Shown here: positions 41,301 to 55,300 of the stretch, in pieces
Layout: each line of letters begins with the position of its first letter
Numbering within the stretch: position 1 is the first letter of the stretch
The notes under the pieces: generated by a model
What the model was told of the DNA's origin: nothing
The model's input: only the letters and a program-made list of their open reading frames with translations
Database searches by the model: none
Assembly: GCA_964016885.1 (NCBI GenBank)
Contig: OZ024743.1
Location: forward strand, 174,592,001-174,656,000
Source: Eledone cirrhosa
Lineage: Eukaryota
DNA: 64,000 bases
Direction of reading: 5' to 3'
Made by a program: the position numbers and the translations under genes

Positions 41301-44200
41301 TTTACCTGTTATATAGGATGTAGGTAGTCTTTGATATACTGTACCTGTTATATAGGATGTAGGTAGTCTGTGATATACTGTACCTGTTATATAGGATGTA
41401 GGTAGTCTTTGATATACTGTACCTGTTATATAGGATGTAGGTAGTCTTTGATATACTGTACCTGTTATATAGGATGTAGGTAGTCTTTGATATACTGTAC
41501 CTGTTATATAGGATGTAGGTAGTCTTTGATATACTGTACCTGCTATATAGGATGTAGGTAGTCTTTGATATACTGTACCTGTTATATAGGATGTAGGTAG
41601 TCTTTGATATACTGTACCTGTTATATAGGATGTAGGTAGTCTTTGATATACTGTACCTGTTATATAGGATGTAGGTAGTCTTTGATATACTGTACCTGTT
41701 ATATAGGATGTAGGTAGTCTTTGATATACTGTACCTGTTATATAGGATGTACGTAGTCTTTGATATACTGTACCTGTTATATGAGATGTAGAAAGTCTTT
41801 GATATACTGTACCTGTTATATAGGATGTAGGTAGCCTTTGATATACTGTACCTGTTATATGAGATGTAGGAAGTTTTTGATATACTGTACCTGTTATATA
41901 GGATGTAGGTAGTCTTTGATATACTGTACCTGTTATATAGGATGTAGGTAGTCTTTGATATACTGTACCTGTTAAATAGGATGTAGGTAGTCTTTGATAT
42001 ACTGTACCTGTTATATAGGATGTAGGTAGTCTTTGATATACTGTACCTGTTACATAGGATGTAGGTAGTCTTTGATATACTGTACCTGTTATATAGGATG
42101 TATGTAGTCTTTGGTATACTGTACCTGTTACATAGGATGTAGGTAGTCTTTGATATACTGTACCTGTTATATAGGATGTAGGTAGTCTTTGATATACTGT
42201 ACCTGTTATATAGGATGTAGGTAGTATTTGATATACTGTATCTGTTATATAGGATGTAGGTAGTCTTTGATATACTGTACCTGTTATATAGGATGTAGGT
42301 AGTCTTTGATATACTGTACATGTTAAATAGGATGTAGGTAGTCTTTGATATACTGTACCTGTTATATAGGATGTAGGTAGTCTTTGATATACTGTACCTG
42401 TTATATAGGATGTAGGTAGTCTTTGATATACTGTACCTGTTATATAGGATGTAGGTAATGTTTGATATACTGTACCTGTTATATAGGATGTAGGTAGTCT
42501 TTGATATACTGTACCTGTTATATATGATGTAGGTAGTCTTTGATATACTGTACCTGTTACATAGGATGTAGGTAGTCTTTGATATACTGTACCTGTTATA
42601 TAGGATGTATGTAGTCTTTGGTATACTGTACCTGTTACATAGGATGTAGGTAGTCTTTGATATACTGTACCTGTTATATAGGATGTAGGTAGTCTTTGAT
42701 ATACTGTACCTATTATATAGGATGTAGGTAGTCTTTGATATACTGTACCTGTTACATAGGATGTAGGTAGTCTTTGATATACTGTACCTGTTATATAGGA
42801 TGTAGGTAGTCTTTGATATACTGTACCTGTTACATAGGATGTAGGTAGTCTTTGATATACTGTACCTGTTACATAGGATGTAGGTAGTCTTTGATATACT
42901 GTACCTGTTATATAGGATGTATGTAGTCTTTGGTATACTGTACCTGTTACATAGGATGTAGGTAGTCTTTGATATACTGTACCTGTTATATAGGATGTAG
43001 GTAGTCTTTGATATACTGTAACTATTATATAGGATGTAGGTAGTCTTTGATATACTGTACCTGCTATATAGGATGTAGGTAGTCTTTGATATACTCTACC
43101 TGTTATATGAGATGTAGGAAGTCTTTGATATACTCTACCTGTTATATAGGATGTAGGTAGTCTTTGATATACTGTACCTGTTATATAGGATGTAGGTAGT
43201 CTGTGATATACTGTACCTGTTATATAGGATGTACGTAGTCTTTGATATGCTGTACCTGTTATATGAGATGTAGGAAGTCTTTGATATACTCTACCTGTTA
43301 TATAGGATGTAGGTAGTCTTTGATATACTCTACCTGTTATATAGGATGTAGGTAGTCTTTGATATACTGTACCTGTTATATAGGATGTAGGTAGTCTTTG
43401 ATATACTGTACCTGTTATATAGGATGTATGTAGTCTTTGGTATACTGTACCTGTTACATAGGATGTAGGTAGTCTTTGATATACTGTACCTGTTATATAG
43501 GATGTAGGTAGTCTTTGATATACTGTACCTGTTATATAGGATGTAGGTAGTATTTGATATACTGTACCTGTTATATAGGATGTAGGTAGTCTTTGATATA
43601 CTGTACCTGTTATATAGGATGTAGGTAGTCTTTGATATACTGTACATGTTAAATAGGATGTAGGTAGTCTTTGATATACTGTACCTGTTATATAGGATGT
43701 AGGTAGTCTTTGATATACTGTACCTGTTATATAGGATGTAGGTAGTCTTTGATATACTGTACCTGTTATATAGGATGTAGGTAGTGTTTGATATACTGTA
43801 CCTGTTATATAGGATGTAGGTAGTCTTTGATATACTGTACCTGTTATAAATGATGTAGGTAGTCTTTGATATACTGTACCTGTTACATAGGATGTAGGTA
43901 GTCTTTGATATACTGTACCTGTTATATAGGATGTATGTAGTCTTTGGTATACTGTACCTGTTACATAGGATGTAGGTAGTCTTTGATATACTGTACCTGT
44001 TATATAGGATGTAGGTAGTCTTTGATATACTGTACCTATTATATAGGATGTAGGTAGTCTTTGATATACTGTACCTGTTACATAGGATGTAGGTAGTCTT
44101 TGATATACTGTACCTGTTATATAGGATGTAGGTAGTCTTTGATATACTGTACCTGTTACATAGGATGTAGGTAGTCTTTGATATACTGTACCTGTTATAT
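35370..44200. repeat. ~8.9 kb copy of array segment ~2650-11520
   Basis: Same order of variants at an offset of 32720, then 32681 after loss of one monomer. The rare T28C variant (TAGCCTTTG) was seen only at 9154 and 41835. Confidence 0.87.
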
Positions 44201-46500
44201 AGGATGTATGTAGTCTTTGGTATACTGTACCTGTTACATAGGATGTAGGTAGTCTTTGATATACTGTACCTGTTATATAGGATGTAGGTAGTCTTTGATA
44301 TACTGTAACTATTATATAGGATGTAGGTAGTCTTTGATATACTGTACCTGTTATATAGGATGTAGGTAGTCTTTGATATACTGTACCTGTTACATAGGAT
44401 GTAGGTAGTCTTTGATATACTGTACCTGTTATATAGGATGTATGTAGTCTTTGGTATACTGTACCTGTTACATAGGATGTAGGCAGTCTTTGATATACTG
44501 TACCTGTTATATAGGATGTAGGTAGTCTTTGATATACTGTACCTGTTATATAGGATGTAGGTAGTCTTTGATATACTGTACCTGTTATATAGGATGTAGG
44601 TAGTCTTTGATATACTGTACCTGTTATATAGGATGTAGGTAGTCTTTGATATACTGTACATGTTAAATAGGATGTAGGTAGTCTTTGATATACTGTACCT
44701 GTTATATAGGATGTAGGTAGTCTTTGATATACTGTACCTGTTACATAGGATGTAGGTAGTCTTTGATATACTGTACCTGTTATATAGGATGTATGTAGTC
44801 TTTGGTATACTGTACCTGTTACATAGGATGTAGGCAGTCTTTGATATACTGTACCTGTTATATAGGATGTAGGTAGTCTTTGATATACTGTACCTGTTAT
44901 ATAGGATGTAGGTAGTCTTTGATATACTGTACCTGTTATATAGGATGTAGGTAGTCTTTGATATACTGTACCTGTTATATAGGATGTAGGTAGTCTTTGA
45001 TATACTGTACATGTTAAATAGGATGTAGGTAGTCTTTGATATACTGTACCTGTTATATAGGATGTAGGTAGTCTTTGATATACTGTACCTGTTATATAGG
45101 ATGTAGGTAGTCTTTGATATACTGTACCTGTTATATAGGATGTAGGTAGTCTTTGATATACTGTACCTGTTATATAGGATGTAGGTAGTCTTTGATATAC
45201 TGTACCTGTTATATAGGATGTAGGTAGTCTTTGATATACTGTACCTGTTATATAGGATGTAGGTAGTCTTTGAAATACTGTACCTATTATATGAGATGTA
45301 GGAAGTTTTTGATATACTGTACCTGTTATATAGGATGTAGGTAGTCTTTGATATACTGTACCTGTTATATAGGATGTATGTAGTCTTTGGTATACTGTAC
45401 CTGTTACATAGGATGTAGGTAGTCTTTGATATACTGTACCTGTTATATAGGATGTAGGTAGTCTTTGATATACTGTAACTATTATATAGGATGTAGGTAG
45501 TCTTTGATATACTGTACCTGTTATATAGGATGTAGGTAGTCTTTGATATACTGTACCTGTTACATAGGATGTAGGTAGTCTTTGATATACTGTACCTGTT
45601 ATATAGGATGTATGTAGTCTTTGGTATACTGTACCTGTTACATAGGATGTAGGCAGTCTTTGATATACTGTACCTGTTATATAGGATGTAGGTAGTCTTT
45701 GATATACTGTACCTGTTATATAGGATGTAGGTAGTCTTTGATATACTGTACCTGTTATATAGGATGTAGGTAGTCTTTGATATACTGTACCTGTTATATA
45801 GGATGTAGGTAGTCTTTGATATACTGTACATGTTAAATAGGATGTAGGTAGTCTTTGATATACTGTACCTGTTATATAGGATGTAGGTAGTCTTTGATAT
45901 ACTGTACCTGTTACATAGGATGTAGGTAGTCTTTGATATACTGTACCTGTTATATAGGATGTATGTAGTCTTTGGTATACTGTACCTGTTACATAGGATG
46001 TAGGCAGTCTTTGATATACTGTACCTGTTATATAGGATGTAGGTAGTCTTTGATATACTGTACCTGTTATATAGGATGTAGGTAGTCTTTGATATACTGT
46101 ACCTGTTATATAGGATGTAGGTAGTCTTTGATATACTGTACCTGTTATATAGGATGTAGGTAGTCTTTGATATACTGTACATGTTAAATAGGATGTAGGT
46201 AGTCTTTGATATACTGTACCTGTTATATAGGATGTAGGTAGTCTTTGATATACTGTACCTGTTATATAGGATGTAGGTAGTCTTTGATATACTGTACCTG
46301 TTATATAGGATGTAGGTAGTCTTTGATATACTGTACCTGTTATATAGGATGTAGGTAGTCTTTGATATACTGTACCTGTTATATAGGATGTAGGTAGTCT
46401 TTGATATACTGTACCTGTTATATAGGATGTAGGTAGTCTTTGAAATACTGTACCTATTATATGAGATGTAGGAAGTTTTTGATATACTGTACCTGTTATA
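35900..46500. repeat. ~149-150-monomer (5811-5850 bp) higher-order repeat, second copy partial
   Basis: 36510 to 42321 and 38673 to 44484 are 5811 bp. 40155 to 46005 and 40332 to 46182 are 5850 bp. The same 5850-bp period links 3790 to 9640 and 4760 to 10610. Confidence 0.8.
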
Positions 46501-47639
46501 TAGGATGTAGGTAGTCTTTGATATACTGTACCTGTTACATAGGATGTAGGTAGTCTTTGATATACTGTACCTGTTATATAGGATGTAGGTAGTCTTTGAT
46601 ATACTGTACCTGTTATATAGGATGTAGGTAGTCTTTGATATACTGTACCTGTTATATAGGATGTAGGTAGTCTTTGATATACTGTACCTGTTATATAGGA
46701 TGTAGGAAGTCTTTGATATACTTTACCTGTTATATAGGATGTAGGTAGTCTTTGATATACTGTACCTGTTATATAGGATGTACGTATTCTTTGATATACT
46801 GTACCTGTTATATAGGATGTAGGTAGTCTTTGATATACTGTACCTGTTATATAGGATGTAGGTAGTCTTTGATATACTGTACCTGTTATATAGGATGTAG
46901 GTAGTCTTTGATATACTGTACCTGTTATATAGGATGTAGGTAGTCTTTGATATACTGTACCTGCTATATAGGATGTAGGTAGTCTTTGATATACTGTACC
47001 TGTTATATAGGATGTAGGTAGTCTTTGATATACTGTACCTGTTATATAGGATGTAGGTAGTCTTTGATATACTGTACCTGTTATATAGGATGTAGGTAGT
47101 CTTTGATATACTGTACCTGTTATATAGGATGTAGGTAGTCTTTGATATACTGTACCTGTTATATAGGATGTAGGTAGTCTTTGATATACTGTACCTGTTA
47201 TATGAGATGTAGGAAGTCTTTGATATACTGTACCTGTTATATAGGATGTAGGTAGTCTTTGATATACTGTACCTGTTATATGAGATGTAGGAAGTTTTTG
47301 ATATACTGTACCTGTTATATAGGATGTAGGTAGTCTTTGATATACTGTACCTGTTATATAGGATGTAGGTAGTCTTTGATATACTGTACCTGTTAAATAG
47401 GATGTAGGTAGTCTTTGATATACTGTACCTGTTATATAGGATGTAGGTAGTCTTTGATATACTGTACCTGTTACATAGGATGTAGGTAGTCTTTGATATA
47501 CTGTACCTGTTATATAGGATGTATGTAGTCTTTGGTATACTGTACCTGTTACATAGGATGTAGGTAGTCTTTGATATACTGTACCTGTTATATAGGATGT
47601 AGGTAGTCTTTGATATACTGTACCTGTTATATAGGATGT

Positions 47640-50600
47640 AGGTAGTATTTGATATACTGTACCTGTTATATAGGATGTAGGTAGTCTTTGATATACTGTA
47701 CCTGTTATATAGGATGTCGGTAGTCTTTGATATACTGTACCTGTTATATAGGATGTAGGTAGTGTTTGATATACTGTACCTGTTATATAGGATGTAGGTA
47801 GTCTTTGATATACTGTACCTGTTATATATGATGTAGGTAGTCTTTGATATACTGTACCTGTTACATAGGATGTAGGTAGTCTTTGATATACTGTACCTGT
47901 TATATAGGATGTATGTAGTCTTTGGTATACTGTACCTGTTACATAGGATGTAGGTAGTCTTTGATATACTGTACCTGTTATATAGGATGTAGGTAGTCTT
48001 TGATATACTGTACCTATTATATAGGATGTAGGTAGTCTTTGATATACTGTACCTGTTACATAGGATGTAGGTAGTCTTTGATATACTGTACCTGTTATAT
48101 AGGATGTAGGTAGTCTTTGATATACTGTACCTGTTACATAGGATGTAGGTAGTCTTTGATATACTGTACCTGTTATATAGGATGTATGTAGTCTTTGGTA
48201 TACTGTACCTGTTACATAGGATGTAGGTAGTCTTTGATATACTGTACCTGTTATATAGGATGTAGGTAGTCTTTGATATACTGTAACTATTATATAGGAT
48301 GTAGGTAGTCTTTGATATACTGTACCTGCTATATAGGATGTAGGTAGTCTTTGATATACTGTACCTGTTATATAGGATGTAGGTAGTCTTTGATATACTG
48401 TACCTGTTACATAGGATGTAGGTAGTCTTTGATATACTGTACCTGTTATATAGGTTGTATGTAGTCTTTGGTATACTGTACCTGTTACATAGGATGTAGG
48501 CAGTCTTTGATATACTGTACCTGTTATATAGGATGTAGGTAGTCTTTGATATACTGTACCTGTTATATAGGATGTAGGTAGTCTTTGATATACTGTACCT
48601 GTTATATAGGATGTAGGTAGTCTTTGATATACTGTACCTGTTATATAGGATGTAGGTAGTCTTTGATATACTGTACATGTTAAATAGGATGTAGGTAGTC
48701 TTTGATATACTGTACCTGTTATATAGGATGTAGGTAGTCTTTGATATACTGTACCTGTTATATAGGATGTAGGTAGTCTTTGATATACTGTACCTGTTAT
48801 ATAGGATGTAGGTAGTGTTTGATATACTGTACCTGTTATATAGGATGTAGGTAGTCTTTGATATACTGTACCTGTTATATATGATGTAGGTAGTCTTTGA
48901 TATACTGTACCTGTTACATAGGATGTAGGTAGTCTTTGATATACTGTACCTGTTATATAGGATGTATTTAGTCTTTGGTATACTGTACCTGTTACATAGG
49001 ATGTAGGTAGTCTTTGATATACTGTACCTGTTATATAGGATGTAGGTAGTCTTTGATATACTGTACCTGTTATATAGGATGTAAGTAGTCTTTGATATAC
49101 TGTACCTGTTATATAGGATGTACGTAGTCTTTGATATGCTGTACCTGTTATATGAGATGTAGGAAGTCTTTGATATACTCTACCTGTTATATAGGATGTA
49201 GGTAGTCTTTGATATACTGTACCTATTATATAGGATGTAGGAATTTTTTGATATACTGTACCTGTATTATAGGATGTAGGTAGTCTTTGATATACTGTAC
49301 CTGTTATATAGGATGTAGGTAGTCTTTGATATACTGTACCTGTTATATAGGATGTAGGTAGTCTTTGATATACTGTACCTGTTATATAGGATGTAGGTAG
49401 TCTTTGAAATACTGTACCTATTATATGAGATGTAGGAAGTCTTTGATATACTGTACCTGTTATATAGGATGTAGGTAGTCTTTGATATACTGTACCTGTC
49501 ATATAGGATGTAGGTAGTCTTTGATATACTGTACATGTTAAATAGGATGTAAGTAGTCGTTGATATACTGTACCTGTTATATAGGATGTAGGTAGTCTTT
49601 GATATACTGTACCTGTTATATAGGATGTAGGTAGTCTTTGATATACTGTACCTGTTATATAGGATGTAGGTAGTCTTTGATATACTGTACCTGTTATATA
49701 GGATGTAGGTAGTCTTTGATATATTGTACCTGTTATATAGGATGTAGGTAGTCTTTGAAATACTGTACCTATTATATGAGATGTAGGAAGTCTTTGATAT
49801 ACTGTACCTGTTATATAGGATGTAGGTAGTCTTTGATATACTGTACCTGTTATATAGGATGTAGGTAGTCTTTGATATACTGTACATGTTAAATAGGATG
49901 TAGGTAGTCTTTGATATACTGTACCTGTTATATAAGATGTAGGTAGTATTTGATATACTGTACCTGTTATATAGGATGTAGGTAGTCTTTGATATACTGT
50001 ACCTGTTATATAGGATGTCGGTAGTCTTTGATATACTGTACCTGTTATATAGGATGTAGGTAGTGTTTGATATACTGTACCTGTTATATAGGATGTAGGT
50101 AGTCTTTGATATACTGTACCTGTTATATATGATGTAGGTAGTCTTTGATATACTGTACCTGTTACATAGGATGTAGGTAGTCTTTGATATACTGTACCTG
50201 TTATATAGGATGTATGTAGTCTTTGGTATACTGTACCTGTTACATAGGATGTAGGTAGTCTTTGATATACTGTACCTGTTATATAGGATGTAGGTAGTCT
50301 TTGATATACTGTACCTATTATATAGGATGTAGGTAGTCTTTGATATACTGTACCTGTTACATAGGATGTAGGTAGTCTTTGATATACTGTACCTGTTATA
50401 TAGGATGTAGGTAGTCTTTGATATACTGTACCTGTTACATAGGATGTAGGTAGTCTTTGATATACTGTACCTGTTATATAGGATGTATGTAGTCTTTGGT
50501 ATACTGTACCTGTTACATAGGATGTAGGTAGTCTTTGATATACTGTACCTGTTATATAGGATGTAGGTAGTCTTTGATATACTGTAACTATTATATAGGA

Positions 50601-52250
50601 TGTAGGTAGTCTTTGATATACTGTACCTGCTATATAGGATGTAGGTAGTCTTTGATATACTGTACCTGTTATATAGGATGTAGGTAGTCTTTGATATACT
50701 GTACCTGTTACATAGGATGTAGGTAGTCTTTGATATACTGTACCTGTTATATAGGTTGTATGTAGTCTTTGGTATACTGTACCTGTTACATAGGATGTAG
50801 GCAGTCTTTGATATACTGTACCTGTTATATAGGATGTAGGTAGTCTTTGATATACTGTACCTGTTATATAGGATGTAGGTAGTCTTTGATATACTGTACC
50901 TGTTATATAGGATGTAGGTAGTCTTTGATATACTGTACCTGTTATATAGGATGTAGGTAGTCTTTGATATACTGTACATGTTAAATAGGATGTAGGTAGT
51001 CTTTGATATACTGTACCTGTTATATAGGATGTAGGTAGTCTTTGATATACTGTACCTGTTATATAGGATGTAGGTAGTCTTTGATATACTGTACCTGTTA
51101 TATAGGATGTAGGTAGTGTTTGATATACTGTACCTGTTATATAGGATGTAGGTAGTCTTTGATATACTGTACCTGTTATATATGATGTAGGTAGTCTTTG
51201 ATATACTGTACCTGTTACATAGGATGTAGGTAGTCTTTGATATACTGTACCTGTTATATAGGATGTATTTAGTCTTTGGTATACTGTACCTGTTACATAG
51301 GATGTAGGTAGTCTTTGATATACTGTACCTGTTATATAGGATGTAGGTAGTCTTTGATATACTGTACCTGTTATATAGGATGTAAGTAGTCTTTGATATA
51401 CTGTACCTGTTATATAGGATGTACGTAGTCTTTGATATGCTGTACCTGTTATATGAGATGTAGGAAGTCTTTGATATACTCTACCTGTTATATAGGATGT
51501 AGGTAGTCTTTGATATACTGTACCTATTATATAGGATGTAGGAATTTTTTGATATACTGTACCTGTATTATAGGATGTAGGTAGTCTTTGATATACTGTA
51601 CCTGTTATATAGGATGTAGGTAGTCTTTGATATACTGTACCTGTTATATAGGATGTAGGTAGTCTTTGATATACTGTACCTGTTATATAGGATGTAGGTA
51701 GTCTTTGAAATACTGTACCTATTATATGAGATGTAGGAAGTCTTTGATATACTGTACCTGTTATATAGGATGTAGGTAGTCTTTGATATACTGTACCTGT
51801 CATATAGGATGTAGGTAGTCTTTGATATACTGTACATGTTAAATAGGATGTAAGTAGTCGTTGATATACTGTACCTGTTATATAGGATGTAGGTAGTCTT
51901 TGATATACTGTACCTGTTATATAGGATGTAGGTAGTCTTTGATATACTGTACCTGTTATATAGGATGTAGGTAGTCTTTGATATACTGTACCTGTTATAT
52001 AGGATGTAGGTAGTCTTTGATATATTGTACCTGTTATATAGGATGTAGGTAGTCTTTGAAATACTGTACCTATTATATGAGATGTAGGAAGTCTTTGATA
52101 TACTGTACCTGTTATATAGGATGTAGGTAGTCTTTGATATACTGTACCTGTTATATAGGATGTAGGTAGTCTTTGATATACTGTACATGTTAAATAGGAT
52201 GTAGGTAGTCTTTGATATACTGTACCTGTTATATAAGATGTAGGTAGTCT
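47640..52250. repeat. 59-monomer (2301 bp) near-perfect tandem duplication
   Basis: Rare variants pair at 2301 bp: GATGTCGG 47718/50019, GGTTGTATG ~48455/50756, GTATTTAGT ~48968/51269, CCTGTATTAT ~49266/51567 and GATATATTGT ~49724/52025. Confidence 0.92.
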
Positions 52251-52339
52251 TTGATATACTGTACCTGTTATATAGGATGTAGGTAGTCTTTGATATACTG
52301 TACCTGTTATATAGGATGTAGGTAGTGTTTGATACACTG

Positions 52340-55300
52340 TACCTGTTATATAGGATGTAGGTAGTCTTTGATATACTGTACCTGTTATATATGATGTAGG
52401 TAGTCTTTGATATACTGTACCTGTTACATAGGATGTAGGTAGTCTTTGATATACTGTACCTGTTATATAGGATGTATGTAGTCTTTGGTATACTGTACCT
52501 GTTACATAGGATGTAGGTAGTCTTTGATATACTGTACCTGTTATATAGGATGTAGGTAGTTTTGATATACTGTACCTGTTATATAGGATGTAGGTAGTCT
52601 TTGATATACTGTACCTTTTATATAGGATGTAGGTAGTCTTTGATATACTGTACCTGTTATATAGGATGTAGGTAGTCTTTGAAATACTGTACCTATTATA
52701 TGAGATGTAGGAAGTCTTTGATATACTGTACCTGTTATATAGGATGTAGGTAGTCTTTGATATACTGTACCTGTTAAATAGGATGTAGGTAGTCTTTGAT
52801 ATACTGTACCTGTTATATAGGATGTAGGTAGTCTTTGATATACTGTACCTGTTACATAGGATGTAGGTAGTCTTTGATATACTGTACCTGTTATATAGGA
52901 TGTAGGTAGTCTTTGATATACTGTACCTGTTATATAGGATGTAGGTAGTGTTTGATATACTGTACCTGTTACATAGGATGTATATAGTCTTTGATATACT
53001 GTACCTGTTATATAGGATGTAGGTAGTCTTTGATATACTGTACCTGTTATATAGGATGTAGGTAGTCTTTGATATACTGTACCTGTTATATAGGATGTAG
53101 GTAGTCTTTGATATACTGTACCTGTTATATAGGATGTAGGTAGTCTTTTATATACTGTATCTGTTACATAGGATGTAGGTAGTCTTTGATATACTGTACC
53201 TGTTATATATGATGTAGGTAGTCTTTGATATACTGTACCTGTTATATAGTATGTAGGTAGTCTTTGATATACTGTACCTGTTATATAGGATGTAGGTAGT
53301 CTTTGATATACTGTACCTGTTATATAGGATGTAGGTAGTCTTTGATATACTGTACCTGTTATATAGGATGTAGGTAGTCTTTGATATACTGTACCTGTTA
53401 TATAGGATGTAGGTAGTCTTTGATATACTGTACCTGTTATATAGGATGTACGTAGTCTTTGATATACTGTACCTGTTATATGAGATGTAGGAAGTCTTTG
53501 ATATACTCTACCTGTTATATAGGATGTAGGTAGTCTTTGATATACTGTACCTGTTATATAGGATGTAGGTAGTCTTTGATATACTGTACCTGTTATATAG
53601 GATGTAGGTAGTCTTTGATATACTGTACCTGTTATATAGGATGTAGGTAGTCTTTGATATACTGTACCTGTTATATAGGATGTAGGTAGTCTTTGATATA
53701 CTGTACCTGTTATATAGGATGTAGGTAGTCTTTGATATACTGTACCTGTTATATAGGATGTAGGTAGTCTTTGATATACTGTACCTGTTATATAGGATGT
53801 ACGTAGTCTTTGATATACTCTACCTGTTATATGAGATGTAGGAAGTCTTTGATATACTCTACCTGTTATATAGGATGTAGGTAGTCTTTGATATACTGTA
53901 CCTGTTATATAGGATGTAGGTAGTCTTTGATATACTGTACCTGTTATATAGGATGTAGGTAGTCTTTGATATACTGTACCTGTTATATAGGATGTAGGTA
54001 GTCTTTGATATACTGTACCTGTTATATAGGATGTAGGTAGTCTTTGATATACTGTACCTGTTATATAGGATGTAGGTAGTCTTTGAAATACTGTACTTAT
54101 TATATGAGATGTAGGAAGTCTTTGATATACTGTACCTGTTATATAGAATGTATGTAGTCTTTGGTATACCGTACCTGTTACATAGGATGTAGGTAGTCTT
54201 TGATATACTGTACCTGTTATATAGGATGTAGGTAGTCTTTGATATACTGTACCTGTTATATAGGATGTAGGTAGTCTTTGATATACTGTACCTATTATAT
54301 AGGATGTAGGTAGTCTTTGATATACTGTACCTGTTATATAGGATGTAGGTAGTCTTTGATATACTGTACCTGTTATATAGGATGTAGGTAGTCTTTGATA
54401 TACTGTACCTGTTATATAGGATGTAGGTAGTCTTTGATATACTGTACCTGTTACATAGGATGTAGGTAGTCTTTGATATACTGTACCTGTTATATAGGAT
54501 GTAGGTAGTCTTTGATATACTGTACCTGTTATATAGGATGTAGGTAGTCTTTGATATACTGTACCTGTTATATAGGATGTAGGTAGTCTTTGATATACTG
54601 TACCTGTTATATAGGATGTAGGTAGTCTTTGATATACTGTACGTATTATATGAGATGTAGGAAGTCTTTGATATACTGTACCTGTTATATAGGATGTAGG
54701 TAGTCTTTGATATACTGTACCTGTTATACAGGATGTAGGTAGTGTTTGATATACTGTACCTGTTATATAGGATGTAGGTAGTCTTTGATATACTGTAACT
54801 ATTATATAGGATGTAGGTAGTCTTTGATATACTGTACCTGCTATATAGGATGTAGGTAGTCTTTGATATACTGTACCTGTTATATAGGATGTAGGTAGTC
54901 TTTGATATACTGTACCTGTTACATAGGATGTAGGTAGTCTTTGATATACTGTACCTGTTATATAGGATGTATGTAGTCTTTGGTATACTGTACCTGTTAC
55001 ATAGGATGTAGGCAGTCTTTGATATACTGTACCTGTTATATAGGATGTAGGTAGTCTTTGATATACTGTACCTGTTATATAGGATGTAGGTAGTCTTTGA
55101 TATACTGTACCTGTTATATAGGATGTAGGTAGTCTTTGATATACTGTACCTGTTATATAGGATGTAGGTAGTCTTTGATATACTGTACATGTTAAATAGG
55201 ATGTAGGTAGTCTGTGATATACTGTACCTGTTATATAGGATGTAGGTAGTCTTTGATATACTGTACCTGTTATATAGGATGTAGGTAGTCTTTGATATAC

